DNA of 64,000 nucleotides from Gaiellales bacterium. Its GTDB lineage: Bacteria; Actinomycetota; Thermoleophilia; Gaiellales; JAICJC01. The position numbers and the translations under genes were made by a program. Positions 18,447 to 28,335 of the stretch are shown one piece after another (position 1 is the stretch's first letter; each line of letters opens with the position of its first letter). The notes under the pieces were generated by a model. That model saw only the letters and a list, made by a program, of their open reading frames with translations. It was not told the origin of the DNA and made no database searches. Location: positions 233,653-297,652 of the forward strand of contig JAWVEN010000004.1 in the NCBI GenBank assembly GCA_033856675.1. The letters run 5' to 3'.

Positions 18447-19379
18447 TCACGAGGGCGGGTAGGTGTCCAGCCACCACCGGGCGATGTCGCACCGGCGCAT
18501 GAAACGCACACCGGGCTGGCGCTGTGCATGTTCGATGAACGTACGCAGCGCGGCTGCCCGCGCGGCCTGGCCGCTCCAGCGGGCGTGCACTGCGACTGTC
18601 ATCATCGTCCGCCGCGTCTCGCTCTCGCGCACCAGCTCGTCCAGCCCCATGACGATCGTGTCGAGAAAGTCGCGGGGGCTGGCGAACCCCGGGTTCATCA
18701 GGAATCGGGCGTCGTTATACGTCTTCGAGTAGGGCACGACCAGCATCGGGGTGCCGCCGACCGGCTCGTAATACGGCACGTCGTCCGCATAGCCCTCCGA
18801 GTGGTACAGAAAGCCTCCCAGCTCGAGCAGCAGCTCGCGGGTGTTCTCGCTCGGCCAGCTGCGCGAGCTCCAGCCAAGCGGACGGCTGCCGAGCACGCGC
18901 TCGAAGCTCTCGATTGCGCGCGCGATCGATGCCTTCTCCTCCTCGCGGCTGTACGTCCAAGCCTCGGTCCAGCGCCAGCCGTGGCCCAGCAGGTCGTGGT
19001 CGTGCTCGCGCATCCACTCCGCGACGGCGGGGTTCAGCTCCAGCGCAACCGCGGCGCCCGACACCGTCACGGGCACGCCGGCGTCGTCGAAGATCCGCGC
19101 CAGTCGCCATACGCCTGCGCGGCTGCCGTACTCGTAATGCGACTCGGTGCCGGGGTCGCGCTGAGGGGGCTTCACCCCTGGGTCGGCGTACTCGCCCCAG
19201 CCGTCATTGCGGTTGTCGCCCCACATGACCGAGTACTCGGAGCCCTCCTCGTAGACCAGCACGAGGTTCACGACCACCCGGGCGTCATCGGGCCATTCGA
19301 AGCTGGGAGGCGTCGGGCCGTAGCCGGCGAGGTCTCGCTCGCGGACGGCCGCGGGGATCAGGTCGGGTCGCTCCGGCAA
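18447..19379 (-). CDS. PuuE/allantoinase-like polysaccharide-deacetylase-family hydrolase
   Basis: RDLAGYG..WPDDARVVVNLVLVYEEG, ESHYEYGSRAGVWR, GHGWRW, HARWSG. Confidence 0.85.
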   Translation of the reverse strand: MPERPDLIPAAVRERDLAGYGPTPPSFEWPDDARVVVNLVLVYEEGSEYSVMWGDNRNDGWGEYADPGVKPPQRDPGTESHYEYGSRAGVWRLARIFDDAGVPVTVSGAAVALELNPAVAEWMREHDHDLLGHGWRWTEAWTYSREEEKASIARAIESFERVLGSRPLGWSSRSWPSENTRELLLELGGFLYHSEGYADDVPYYEPVGGTPMLVVPYSKTYNDARFLMNPGFASPRDFLDTIVMGLDELVRESETRRTMMTVAVHARWSGQAARAAALRTFIEHAQRQPGVRFMRRCDIARWWLDTYPPS

Positions 19380-19382
19380 CGG

Positions 19383-19817
19383 TTACCCGGCGGCCACGAC
19401 GTCGGCGGAGACGCTCAGGGTGACGCGGTCCGCGATGGCCTGGCACACCGGACAATGAGCCTGCGCTTCGTCGATCAGCGCCCGCACCTGCTCGATCGGT
19501 GCGGGCGTTTCGACGCGGGTGTGCAGCGCGGCCTCCGAGAGATGGTGGCTCGAGCCGTCGCCCCACCGGAGCTGCGTCGAGACGCTGGTCTCGATCTCGC
19601 CGAGCGGGATCCCGCGCGCCCGCGCCATGCCCGTCAGCGTCGAGGTGAAGCAGTTTGCCAATGCGGCCGAGAACAGCTCCTCGGGGTTCGACTCACCCCC
19701 GGGCCCGCCGAGCTCGGTCTGGGTGGCCGTCGCCACGGAAAGAGCACCTGATCCGCCTTCGATGCTGCCGTGAAAGCCGTTCCAACGGAGGGTGGCTGAG
19801 GCGCTGAGGGATTCCAT
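19383..19817 (-). CDS. OsmC/Ohr-family protein
   Basis: NPEELFSAALANCF and AHCPV Cys motifs; TAGACT 7 nt before ATG. Confidence 0.85.
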   Translation of the reverse strand: MESLSASATLRWNGFHGSIEGGSGALSVATATQTELGGPGGESNPEELFSAALANCFTSTLTGMARARGIPLGEIETSVSTQLRWGDGSSHHLSEAALHTRVETPAPIEQVRALIDEAQAHCPVCQAIADRVTLSVSADVVAAG

Positions 19818-19872
19818 CGCGGCCAGTCTACGACACCGCTTGGCGCGCGGGTCGTCGTGGTAGGTTAGGTGC

Positions 19873-20610
19873 ATCGAAACTGGCAGCAACAGGGAAAACG
19901 CGTCGGCGTTTCGCCCCATCGAACGAGAAGCCAGGCTGTCGGACAAGGTGACGCAGGCCATCCTGGAGATGATTGCGTCCAGCGACCTGAAGCCGGGCGA
20001 CATGCTGCCGCCCGAACGCGAGCTGGGCAAGCAGTTCGGCGTCTCGCGAACCGTGATCCGCGAGGCGGTGAGGGCGCTCAAAGGGAAGGGTCTGCTCGAT
20101 GTGCGCAGCGGCAGCGGTGTGCGGATCGTTGCCGTCGACGAGAGCACCGTGCGCGAGTCGATGCGCCACTTCGTGCATGGCAGCATGGTCGACTACTCGA
20201 AGGTCGACGAGGTACGCCGTGTCCTCGAGGTCGCGGCCGCCGGGCTTGCCGCCGAGCGCGCCACTCCCGCAGATCTCGAAGGAATCGATGAGACCCACGA
20301 GCGGTTCTCCAAGGAATCCTCCGACCTCGAGTCGAGCGTCCGGCTCGACATCGAGTTCCACCGCGCTGTCGCGGCGGCCACCCACAACGAGCTTTTCCTG
20401 GTGCTTCACGACTCGATCGGCGAGATGCTGGTCGAGGTGCGCCGTCGCAACCTCTCGCGCGGGCCCGCGGAGCGGGGGCTGGTGGTCGAGATGCACCGGA
20501 AGATCCGCGACGGCATCGCCGCGCATGACCCTGAGGCCGCGCAGCAGGCGATGCGAGATCACCTCGGCCACGTGCAGGCGACGTGGAAGGATCAAGCGCC
20601 CTCCGACTGA
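19873..20610 (+). CDS. GntR/FadR-family transcriptional regulator (probable ATC start; first GTG at 19948)
   Basis: LPPERELGKQFGVSRTVIREA wHTH, FCD domain DIEFH..HN..H; FRPIERE..LSDKV segment lies upstream of the GTG. Confidence 0.9.
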   Translation: METGSNRENASAFRPIEREARLSDKVTQAILEMIASSDLKPGDMLPPERELGKQFGVSRTVIREAVRALKGKGLLDVRSGSGVRIVAVDESTVRESMRHFVHGSMVDYSKVDEVRRVLEVAAAGLAAERATPADLEGIDETHERFSKESSDLESSVRLDIEFHRAVAAATHNELFLVLHDSIGEMLVEVRRRNLSRGPAERGLVVEMHRKIRDGIAAHDPEAAQQAMRDHLGHVQATWKDQAPSD

Positions 20611-22232
20611 CCGAGCGGCAGCGAGTGCTCCTCGTGGGTCATCACTTCGAGCAGCGTCGCCTCGCCTGAGCGGACGCTCGCGGCGCAACGTTCGAGCGCG
20701 GCCCGAAGGTCAGCGGCCTCGCGCACGTGCTCGGCGTGTCCTCCCAGCGCACGCGCGATGGCCGCATAGTCGCCGCCGAGACGGTTCGACCGGTGGCGGT
20801 TGACCGCGTCGGGCATCCACTCGCCGTACCCGCCCATCAGGCCGTTGTTCATGACGATCGTCAGGATCGGGATGCGAGCGCGCACGGCGGTCTCGAAGTC
20901 CATTCCCACCATGCCGAATGCGGCGTCTCCCATGATGTTGACGGCCAGCCAATCGGGTCGGGCGAGCTTTGCGCCCATCGTCAGGCCGAGCCCGGTGCCG
21001 AGTTGGGTGGACTTGCCCCACCCCAGGTATCCGTGGGGAACGACGGTCTCATAGAACGGGACGATCTGGTCGCGTGGGTGGCCCGCGTCGTGCGTGACGA
21101 CGGTGCGTGTCCGATCGGCGACCTGCATCAGCTCCGACACGATGCGATAGGGGCTGAGCGGGCCGGCATCGGAGGTGAGCCGCGGCTGCCATTGCGCCAG
21201 GAACGCATCCCGCACGGAGGCGACCTCGCCTCGAACAGATTCGCGTTCCCCGCAGTCCACGCCCTCGAACGCCTCGAGCAACTGACGGAGTACAAGCTTG
21301 GCGTCCCCGACGCAGCCGAACGCGACGTCGTAGCCACCGGCAAGGTCGCGCGGGTCGTTCACGATCTGCCCAAGCGTTGCCGCGCCGGGCAGCGGGGTGA
21401 TGTAGAGCGAGCGGGTGAAGCTGGTGCCAATGCCGAGGATGACGTCTGCGCGTTCGAAGAAGCGGTCGACCGTGGCGGGCCGGCTGCGGGCGGCCGTGCC
21501 GAGCGCCAGCGCATGGTTCTCGGGGAAGGCGCTCTTGCCGTTCAGCGTTGTCGCCACAGGTGTGTTCGTGAGCTCCGCCAGCTGGAGCAGCTCGGAGCAG
21601 GCATCCGCATACAGCACGCCCTGCCCCGCAAGGATCACAGGGTTTTCGGCCGCCGCAAGGATGCGCACCGTCTCGTTCACGTCCTCGGGCGCGGCCTGCG
21701 AGCGTCGCGGCAGGGAGGAGGACATCGTCCAGTCCGCATCACCGGCGTCGCCGTTCATGACGTCGTTGGCAACGGCGACCATGACCGGGCCGTTGCGAAC
21801 GCTGCGAAGGGCGTTGAGTGCGCGGCGGAATACCTCCGGGCCGCGCTCGGCGCTGTTGAGCGTGGCAGACCAGCTGGTGATCCGTGCGTAGCTCTGCTCG
21901 CTGCGGAAGAACGGCGGAGAGTCCTGGTCCGGCACGGCGTGCTCGGTGGGGATGAACAGGATGGGGCTGCGATCTCCGTAGGCCTGCGCGACGGCGCCGA
22001 AGGCAGACTCGGCCCCCGGGCCGTACTGCGTCACGCAGGGCGCGACACCGTCGCCGCCGGTCGTCCGCGCGAAGCCGTCCGCGATGTTCACAGCGACGCG
22101 CTCGGTACGGGTGATGATCGGCCGAAGCCCGGCTGTTGAAGCCGCATCGATCAGTCTGTTCTCAGGAAACCCGACGACGAACTCGGCGCCCTCCCGGCGC
22201 AGCAGCTCGGCGATCCGGTCGGCGACAAGCAT
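20592..22232 (-). CDS. Thiamine-diphosphate-dependent enzyme (acetolactate-synthase-like family)
   Basis: RTERVAVNIADGF, GPGA, GDAAFGM...MNN ThDP motif. Confidence 0.9.
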   Translation of the reverse strand: MLVADRIAELLRREGAEFVVGFPENRLIDAASTAGLRPIITRTERVAVNIADGFARTTGGDGVAPCVTQYGPGAESAFGAVAQAYGDRSPILFIPTEHAVPDQDSPPFFRSEQSYARITSWSATLNSAERGPEVFRRALNALRSVRNGPVMVAVANDVMNGDAGDADWTMSSSLPRRSQAAPEDVNETVRILAAAENPVILAGQGVLYADACSELLQLAELTNTPVATTLNGKSAFPENHALALGTAARSRPATVDRFFERADVILGIGTSFTRSLYITPLPGAATLGQIVNDPRDLAGGYDVAFGCVGDAKLVLRQLLEAFEGVDCGERESVRGEVASVRDAFLAQWQPRLTSDAGPLSPYRIVSELMQVADRTRTVVTHDAGHPRDQIVPFYETVVPHGYLGWGKSTQLGTGLGLTMGAKLARPDWLAVNIMGDAAFGMVGMDFETAVRARIPILTIVMNNGLMGGYGEWMPDAVNRHRSNRLGGDYAAIARALGGHAEHVREAADLRAALERCAASVRSGEATLLEVMTHEEHSLPLGQSEGA

Positions 22233-22259
22233 TGGTATACCGTATCATGGCATACTGAT

Positions 22260-23363
22260 TCAGTCGGCGATGGCAGCCGCAATCGCGCCGGCTGCCCGCC
22301 GCATCACGGGCTCCGGCGCGACAGTCACGCGCGCGAATCCCGGCAGGCCGAACTCGTGTCCGCCGCGCACCAGCATTCCGGCGAGGACGAGCGCGTCGCA
22401 GACCGGTCGGTCGTCCACGCCGAGCTCGACCAGGACAAAGTTCGTGTCGGACGGGTGGCAGGCGATGCCCACGCTCGCGAGCTCGTCCTGGAGCACGGCG
22501 CGCGCCGCCGCCACCTCCGCTCGCCGCGCCGCCACGAACTCGGGATGGGAGAGCGCTGCCCGGCCGGCCGCAAGGGCGACGCGGTTGACGTTGAACGGCT
22601 CCTGCACGATGTCCAGCAGGCGAGCGACCTCCGGAGCAACGATCGCGTACCCGAGGCGCAATCCGGCGAGGCCGAAGATCTTCGAGAACGACCGCACGAC
22701 GATCACCGGGCGGTCTTCCATGACGTCCGCCTGCCGGGGGGCGCGGCGTGCCGGCTCGGCGAAGTCGATGTACGCCTCGTCGGCGATGACGATGCAGTCC
22801 TCGGGCAGTCGCTCGAGGAACGACGACCACGCTTCGGGGGCAATCAGCGACCCGGTCGGATTGTTCGGGTCACATAGCCACACCAGCCGCGCGCGGTTCG
22901 TGCGGGCCGCCCCCGCCACGGCATCGAGGTCGATGTGCAGGCCGGACGGAGGAACGCGCGTCACCGAAGCCCCGGCGGCGGCGGACACCTGGGCGTACAG
23001 CCCATAGGTCAGCTGCGGGATGACCACCGGGGTTCCGGGCTCGATGAACGCCGTGGCGAGGTTGCCGATCAGCGCCTGCGCACCGTGCGCGGGCACGACG
23101 CATGCCGGTGGAACGCCCAGCGACTCGGCGAGGCGCTCCCGGAAGTCCGCATACGCGCGCTCCGGGTAGAACTGGGCGTTGCGCAGCTCTGCGGTCGCGG
23201 CCTCGAGCACGTAGGACGGCGGGCCGAACAGGTCCTCGTTCCAGTTCAGCGGCTCCAGCTCGGAGAGCCCGTGCCGCTGTCTGAGGGCGTCGCGAGTGGG
23301 GCCGGGGTCGTAGCGCTGCAGCCCTCGCAGCGAAGGGCGGGCGAGCCGTTCCCAGTCGGTCAC
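22260..23363 (-). CDS. HisC-like PLP-dependent aminotransferase (class I/II)
   Basis: LNWNE, DPNNPTG, DEAY, RSFSKIFGLAGLRLGY. Confidence 0.9.
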   Translation of the reverse strand: MTDWERLARPSLRGLQRYDPGPTRDALRQRHGLSELEPLNWNEDLFGPPSYVLEAATAELRNAQFYPERAYADFRERLAESLGVPPACVVPAHGAQALIGNLATAFIEPGTPVVIPQLTYGLYAQVSAAAGASVTRVPPSGLHIDLDAVAGAARTNRARLVWLCDPNNPTGSLIAPEAWSSFLERLPEDCIVIADEAYIDFAEPARRAPRQADVMEDRPVIVVRSFSKIFGLAGLRLGYAIVAPEVARLLDIVQEPFNVNRVALAAGRAALSHPEFVAARRAEVAAARAVLQDELASVGIACHPSDTNFVLVELGVDDRPVCDALVLAGMLVRGGHEFGLPGFARVTVAPEPVMRRAAGAIAAAIAD

Positions 23364-24634
23364 GCCTCGGCCAGCTCCCGGAGCGCGGGCTCGAGCACTC
23401 GGACACATGCCGCGATCGCTTCCCGGCCGGTCAGCTCCTCGGGCGCGTGGCTGACGCCACCGGCATCGCTTCGCACGAAGAGCATCGCCGAGGGCACGCC
23501 CGCCATGCCCAGGATCGCCGCGTCATGGCCGGCGCCTGACGGCAGCTCGACCGCGTCGATCCCCAGCTCTGCGATCCAGCGATGCAGCGCGGCCTTTGGA
23601 CGTTCGCTCATTGGCACGGGCTCGTACCGCCACCTGTCCGCCACCTCGACCTGGCAGTTCAGGTCGGCAGCGGCTGCGCGTGCGGCTGAAACGACTCCCG
23701 CGCTGAGGGAATCGAGCCGCTCGGCGTCGGGTGCTCGCATGTCGGCGAACAGCTCCACAAGGTCGGGGATCGTGTTCGTCGCCCCCGGGGACACCGTCAT
23801 TCTCCCGATCGTGGTCACCGCCCCGGGGATCGAGCGGGCGACGTCGTGCGCCCGTTCGACGAATCGCGCGGCGGCGCCGACGGCGTCTGCTCGCAGCGCC
23901 ATGGCAACTGTGCCGGCGTGACCCCGGCGCCCGCGAAATGTCACCTCGATGCCCGCCATCCCGGCGATCGACGTCACCACCCCGAGCGGCGCGCCGGCTG
24001 CGGCGAGCGTCGGGCCCTGCTCGATGTGCGTTTCCACGTAGGCGAACGGGGGCAGGTCAAGCCAGCCGCGCTCCGGCAGCTCGCCCAGGCCGAGCTCGCT
24101 GAACGCCTCGCCGAGGGAGATGCCGTCGGCATCCCGTAGGTCGGCCTCATCGGCTTCGAGCATGCCGCACACGGCTCGGCTGCCGAACAGTCCGCGCCCG
24201 AAGCGGCATCCCTCCTCGAGGCGGAAGGCAACCACAGCAACGGAGCGCTGCGCGCCACCGCTGGACGCAATGGCCACCGCAGCATCCAGCGCAGCCAGCA
24301 CTCCCAGCGCCCCGTCGAACCGGCCGCCGTCGGGTGGCGTGTCCAGGTGTGAGCCGCTCCAGACCTCAGGCAGCGCTGGGTCGGACCCCCGTGCACGACC
24401 GAACAGGTTGCCGGCCGGGTCGGAAGTCACATCGAGGTTCGCATCCTCCATCCAGCCGCGAACGAGCTCGAAGGCCCGCTGCTCTCCCTCGCCGAGGCCG
24501 GCCCGGTTCGTACCGGCTGCGCGCCCGATCTCGAACAGCGTGTCCAGCCGTTCGACCATTCGGTCGGCCCGAGCCTCGACGTCGTCGGCGTCAGACCGGC
24601 GAGATTCGCCTAAGGAGCTGTGAAACCCGCCCAC
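23360..24634 (-). CDS. M20 Zn amidohydrolase (allantoate amidohydrolase / N-carbamoyl-L-amino acid hydrolase family)
   Basis: GSHLDT, GRFDGALGV, EEGCRF, ETHIEQG, HAGT, SGAGHDA, SHAPEE; CATACT 6 nt before GTG. Confidence 0.92.
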   Translation of the reverse strand: MGGFHSSLGESRRSDADDVEARADRMVERLDTLFEIGRAAGTNRAGLGEGEQRAFELVRGWMEDANLDVTSDPAGNLFGRARGSDPALPEVWSGSHLDTPPDGGRFDGALGVLAALDAAVAIASSGGAQRSVAVVAFRLEEGCRFGRGLFGSRAVCGMLEADEADLRDADGISLGEAFSELGLGELPERGWLDLPPFAYVETHIEQGPTLAAAGAPLGVVTSIAGMAGIEVTFRGRRGHAGTVAMALRADAVGAAARFVERAHDVARSIPGAVTTIGRMTVSPGATNTIPDLVELFADMRAPDAERLDSLSAGVVSAARAAAADLNCQVEVADRWRYEPVPMSERPKAALHRWIAELGIDAVELPSGAGHDAAILGMAGVPSAMLFVRSDAGGVSHAPEELTGREAIAACVRVLEPALRELAEA

Positions 24635-24802
24635 ACATCGAGTATGTCACGCGCCTTTCGTCAGCCGAACCGCAACGTTGCAGCGATCGATCGAGCTTTG
24701 CCGCGCCCAGGACCCCACGGAGACGCTGAGCAAGGTGGGGAGGGCGCCGGCGAAGCCGGCGTACTGCTTGAGCCTCCGGCTTTCCGCCGTATGATCGTCG
24801 GG

Positions 24803-27800
24803 ATGGCGGCCTGCCCTCGCTGCGGTGAACAGAATCCCGACCGTGCGCGCCTGTGCATGATGTGCGGCACCCCGCTCGGAGCTCATGCCGCGGAGCGGAG
24901 GGAGCGGCGCGTCGTGTCGGTGCTGTTCGCCGATCTGGTGGGATTCACCAGCCGTTCGGAGGCGCTGGACATCGAGGACGTCGACGCCTTCCTCGCGCCG
25001 TACCACGATCGGCTGCGACGAGACGTCGAGCGGTTCGGCGGCGTCGTCTGCAAGTTCACGGGCGATGGCCTGATGGCCATCTTCGGCGCTCCCGTTGCCC
25101 ACGAAGACGATCCCGAACGGGCCGTCCGCGCCGCTCTCGCCATCCGCAGCGGGGTACAGGCCTCCGCTGCTGCCGACGAGCCCGCACGCCGTCTCCACGT
25201 CCGCCTCGGGGTGACGACGGGCGAGGTCCTCGTCTCGTTCGGTTCCGGAGGCGAGCTCGATGCCACCGGCGACGTGGTGAACACCGCGGCGCGGCTGGAG
25301 TCTGCGGCTCCAGCCGACGGTGTGCTCGTGGACGAGTTCACGTACCGGGCAACGGACCGGGCGATCGTGTTCGAATCCGCGGAGGCGGTCGTTGCCAAGG
25401 GCAAGTCAGCGCCGGTGAAGGCCTGGCGGGTGGTCGAAACGCGATCGATCTTGCCTGAGCAAACTCGCATCGAGGATCTGCCGCTCGTGGGACGCCACGC
25501 CGAGCTCGGGCTGCTCACGGCTGCTCTGGAACGCTCCCGGACTCAGCCGGCAACCGAGCTCGTCACGCTCACCGGTGCGCCGGGTATCGGGAAGACGCGG
25601 CTGGTGCAGGAGCTTGCCGGTGTCGTGGACAACGTGCCCGAGCTGATCCGCTGGCGACAGGGCCGGTCCCTGCCGTACGGGGAGGGTGTGGCCTTCTGGG
25701 CGCTTGGGGAGATCGTCAAGTCCGAGGCCGGCATCCTCGACTCCGACCCAGCTGCAGACGCTGAGGAGAAGCTTGCGCGAGCCGTCGGCGCGGTCGTGAT
25801 CTCCGATGTCGACCGGGACTGGATCATCCGGTGGCTGCGACCCCTCGTCGGCCTGGAGGGCGAGCGTGACGGCGGGGGCGATGGCCGTGTCGAGGCGTTC
25901 GCCGCTTGGCGGAGGTTCCTCGAGGCGCTGGCCGAGGACGGGCCGACCGTGCTCGTCTTCGAGGACATCCACTGGGCGGACGATGCGCTGCTGGACTTCA
26001 TCGATCTGCTCGCCGACCGTGCCGGTGCCGTCCCACTCCTGATCGTCTGCACGTCCCGCCCGGAGCTGCTGGAGCGCCGTCCGGCATGGGGTGGGGGAAA
26101 GATCAATGCCCACACGATCGGTCTCAACCCGCTTTCGGCGGAAGACACGGGACGCCTCGTCGGTGAGCTGCTCGACCAGGCATTGCTCCCTGCCGAGACC
26201 CAGCAGGCGCTGCTCGACCGCGCGGAGGGCAACCCGCTGTACGCGCAGGAGTACGTCCGGATGCTGAAGGACCGTGGACTGCTCGTCCGCGGCGGTCACG
26301 GATGGACGCTGACCGGCGAGGCGCATGGCCTGCCCGAATCGGTCCAGGGGATCATCGCTGCTCGGCTGGACACGCTCTCGGCCGAGGAGAAGGCGCTCGT
26401 GCACGATGCGTCAGTGGTCGGCCGGACAGCATGGCTCGGCGCAGTGGCCGCGATCGAAGGGCGCGCCGTATGGGAGCTCGAAGAGCTGTTGCATGGCCTG
26501 GAGCGCAAGCAGCTGCTGCTCCGCTCCCGGCGATCGAGCGTCGCCGGCCAGATCGAGTTCAGCTTCGCGCACTCGCTGACGCACGAGGTCGCCTACTCGC
26601 AGATTCGCCGTATGGATCGGGCCGCAAAGCACGAGGCCGCGGCGAGATGGATCGAAGGGTTGTCGGGGCAGCGCGATGACAAGGCTGAGTTGTTCGCCTA
26701 CCACTATCTCGCGGCGCTCGAGCTCCGCCGCCAGGCCGGAGAGCCAACCGACGAGCTCGCATCGGCGGCGACCGGGGCCCTGATCGAGGCCGGGCGTCAG
26801 GCAGACGCAGTGAGCGCCTATGCGAGCGCCGTGCGGCATTTCCACGCGGCGCTCGATCTCATGGCAGACAGCGATTCGCGCCGACCGGACCTCTTGCTCT
26901 CACTCGTGCGCGCCCGGCACAGCGCGGGCGAGCCCGATGAGCATCTGCTTCTGGCTGCTCGGGAGGCGAACGTCGCTGCCGGGTCATGGGAAGGCGCGGC
27001 ATTGTGCTCGTATCTGCTCGGCTCCTGGGCCGAGGACGTGATCGGCGACGGGGAGCGCGGCGAGCGGCACTACAAGGAGGGCCTCGCGTTCACCGGCCGC
27101 ATCCCGTACCGGCCCGTCTCGAGCCTGATCCCCTACGCTCTGGTCTTCCGGTACTTCCAGACGGAGCGATTGGCGGCCGCGCTGGACCTGGCGAACGAGG
27201 CGATCGCCAGGGCGGACCAAGCCGGCGACCTCGCCGGGCGGGGCCTGCTGCTGAACATGCGCGGGCTTCTCCGGGCGGCGCTCGGCGATCCCGAGGGGAT
27301 CAAGGACAGCGAGGAGTCGCCGCGGCTCCTGGCGCAGGTCGCCCATCCGCGCACCGCCGTCGCCTACAACAACCTTGCCGAGCAGTACATCGCCCTTGGC
27401 CAGATCGACAAGATCGAGGCAGTGCTTGCTGAGGTCGACCAATGGACGGATCGGTTCTCGGAAGCGTATTTCGTCAAGTTCGCCGCAGTGGCTCGTGCCT
27501 TCCTGCAGTACAACCAGGGCGACTGGGACGGGGCCATCCGCAGGCTGGAGCCGTTGATCGACGATCCGTACCGGATCATCGACGGTGTGGCTCGCACGGT
27601 GCGGGGGTGGATCTGCATCGCGCGTGACGATCTCGGAACCGCGAAGAACGACGCCCAGAGGGCGATCGAATTCGGAATCGAGGGGCAGAACATCGAGTTC
27701 CGCATCGCCGGCACCGGGATGCTGCTTGTGGTGCTCCGTCGCCATGACGGGCGCCCGGCCGTCCTGGAACAGCTGAGGGCGTTCTCCAGGGAGCTCAACT

Positions 27801-28153
27801 CGGGAGTCTCCACCGCATCCGTCCTCGCCGAGCTCGCCGCGGTGTTCCAGGGCGACGACGAGCGCGACGTGCTGCGACCTGTGACCGAACGGATCCCGTC
27901 GTTCTCCGCGTGGCGCGAGGCCATCATCGCGACGCTGGACCAGCGGCACGGCGATGCGGCCACGCTGTACCGCGCCATCGGCTGTCGGCCGCTCGAAGCC
28001 GCCGCTCATCTCCTCGCGGCCGAGCAGTTCGGTCGCCACGGAAACGCCGTGGAGGCCGCCCGGCATGCCGAGCAGGCAGCCGCCTTCTATCGCAGTGTCG
28101 GGGCGTCGCACTACCTGGCGCGTGCGGACCCGCTGCGCAGAGCGACCGCCTGA
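24803..28153 (+). CDS. Zn-ribbon + class III adenylate/guanylate cyclase + STAND-type AAA ATPase + TPR-like protein
   Basis: CPRC..CMMC; FADLVGFT, KFTGDG, GDVVNTAARL; GAPGIGKT, FEDIHWAD, GNPLY; helical C-terminus; TATGAT upstream of ATG. Confidence 0.92.
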   Translation: MAACPRCGEQNPDRARLCMMCGTPLGAHAAERRERRVVSVLFADLVGFTSRSEALDIEDVDAFLAPYHDRLRRDVERFGGVVCKFTGDGLMAIFGAPVAHEDDPERAVRAALAIRSGVQASAAADEPARRLHVRLGVTTGEVLVSFGSGGELDATGDVVNTAARLESAAPADGVLVDEFTYRATDRAIVFESAEAVVAKGKSAPVKAWRVVETRSILPEQTRIEDLPLVGRHAELGLLTAALERSRTQPATELVTLTGAPGIGKTRLVQELAGVVDNVPELIRWRQGRSLPYGEGVAFWALGEIVKSEAGILDSDPAADAEEKLARAVGAVVISDVDRDWIIRWLRPLVGLEGERDGGGDGRVEAFAAWRRFLEALAEDGPTVLVFEDIHWADDALLDFIDLLADRAGAVPLLIVCTSRPELLERRPAWGGGKINAHTIGLNPLSAEDTGRLVGELLDQALLPAETQQALLDRAEGNPLYAQEYVRMLKDRGLLVRGGHGWTLTGEAHGLPESVQGIIAARLDTLSAEEKALVHDASVVGRTAWLGAVAAIEGRAVWELEELLHGLERKQLLLRSRRSSVAGQIEFSFAHSLTHEVAYSQIRRMDRAAKHEAAARWIEGLSGQRDDKAELFAYHYLAALELRRQAGEPTDELASAATGALIEAGRQADAVSAYASAVRHFHAALDLMADSDSRRPDLLLSLVRARHSAGEPDEHLLLAAREANVAAGSWEGAALCSYLLGSWAEDVIGDGERGERHYKEGLAFTGRIPYRPVSSLIPYALVFRYFQTERLAAALDLANEAIARADQAGDLAGRGLLLNMRGLLRAALGDPEGIKDSEESPRLLAQVAHPRTAVAYNNLAEQYIALGQIDKIEAVLAEVDQWTDRFSEAYFVKFAAVARAFLQYNQGDWDGAIRRLEPLIDDPYRIIDGVARTVRGWICIARDDLGTAKNDAQRAIEFGIEGQNIEFRIAGTGMLLVVLRRHDGRPAVLEQLRAFSRELNSGVSTASVLAELAAVFQGDDERDVLRPVTERIPSFSAWREAIIATLDQRHGDAATLYRAIGCRPLEAAAHLLAAEQFGRHGNAVEAARHAEQAAAFYRSVGASHYLARADPLRRATA

Positions 28154-28335
28154 GGCGTCGGAGAAGGTCGCGGGCCTTGCCGCCCCGGGTGGGCTCCATG
28201 AGGCGGCAAGCCCCGACTCGCCCAGAGTAGTTGTCAGGGCTGTGAAAAAACCTTTGGCGCAGGCCTGACTTGTGGAGCCGTTTGACTCTTGTCGCTCATG
28301 CCGTAATAGTCACTTCACACGTTCTACCGGGAGGG

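Noticed and set aside
22260-23363. Housekeeping hisC
   Set aside because: No his genes nearby and it overlaps a carbamoylase in a catabolic cluster; symbol withheld.
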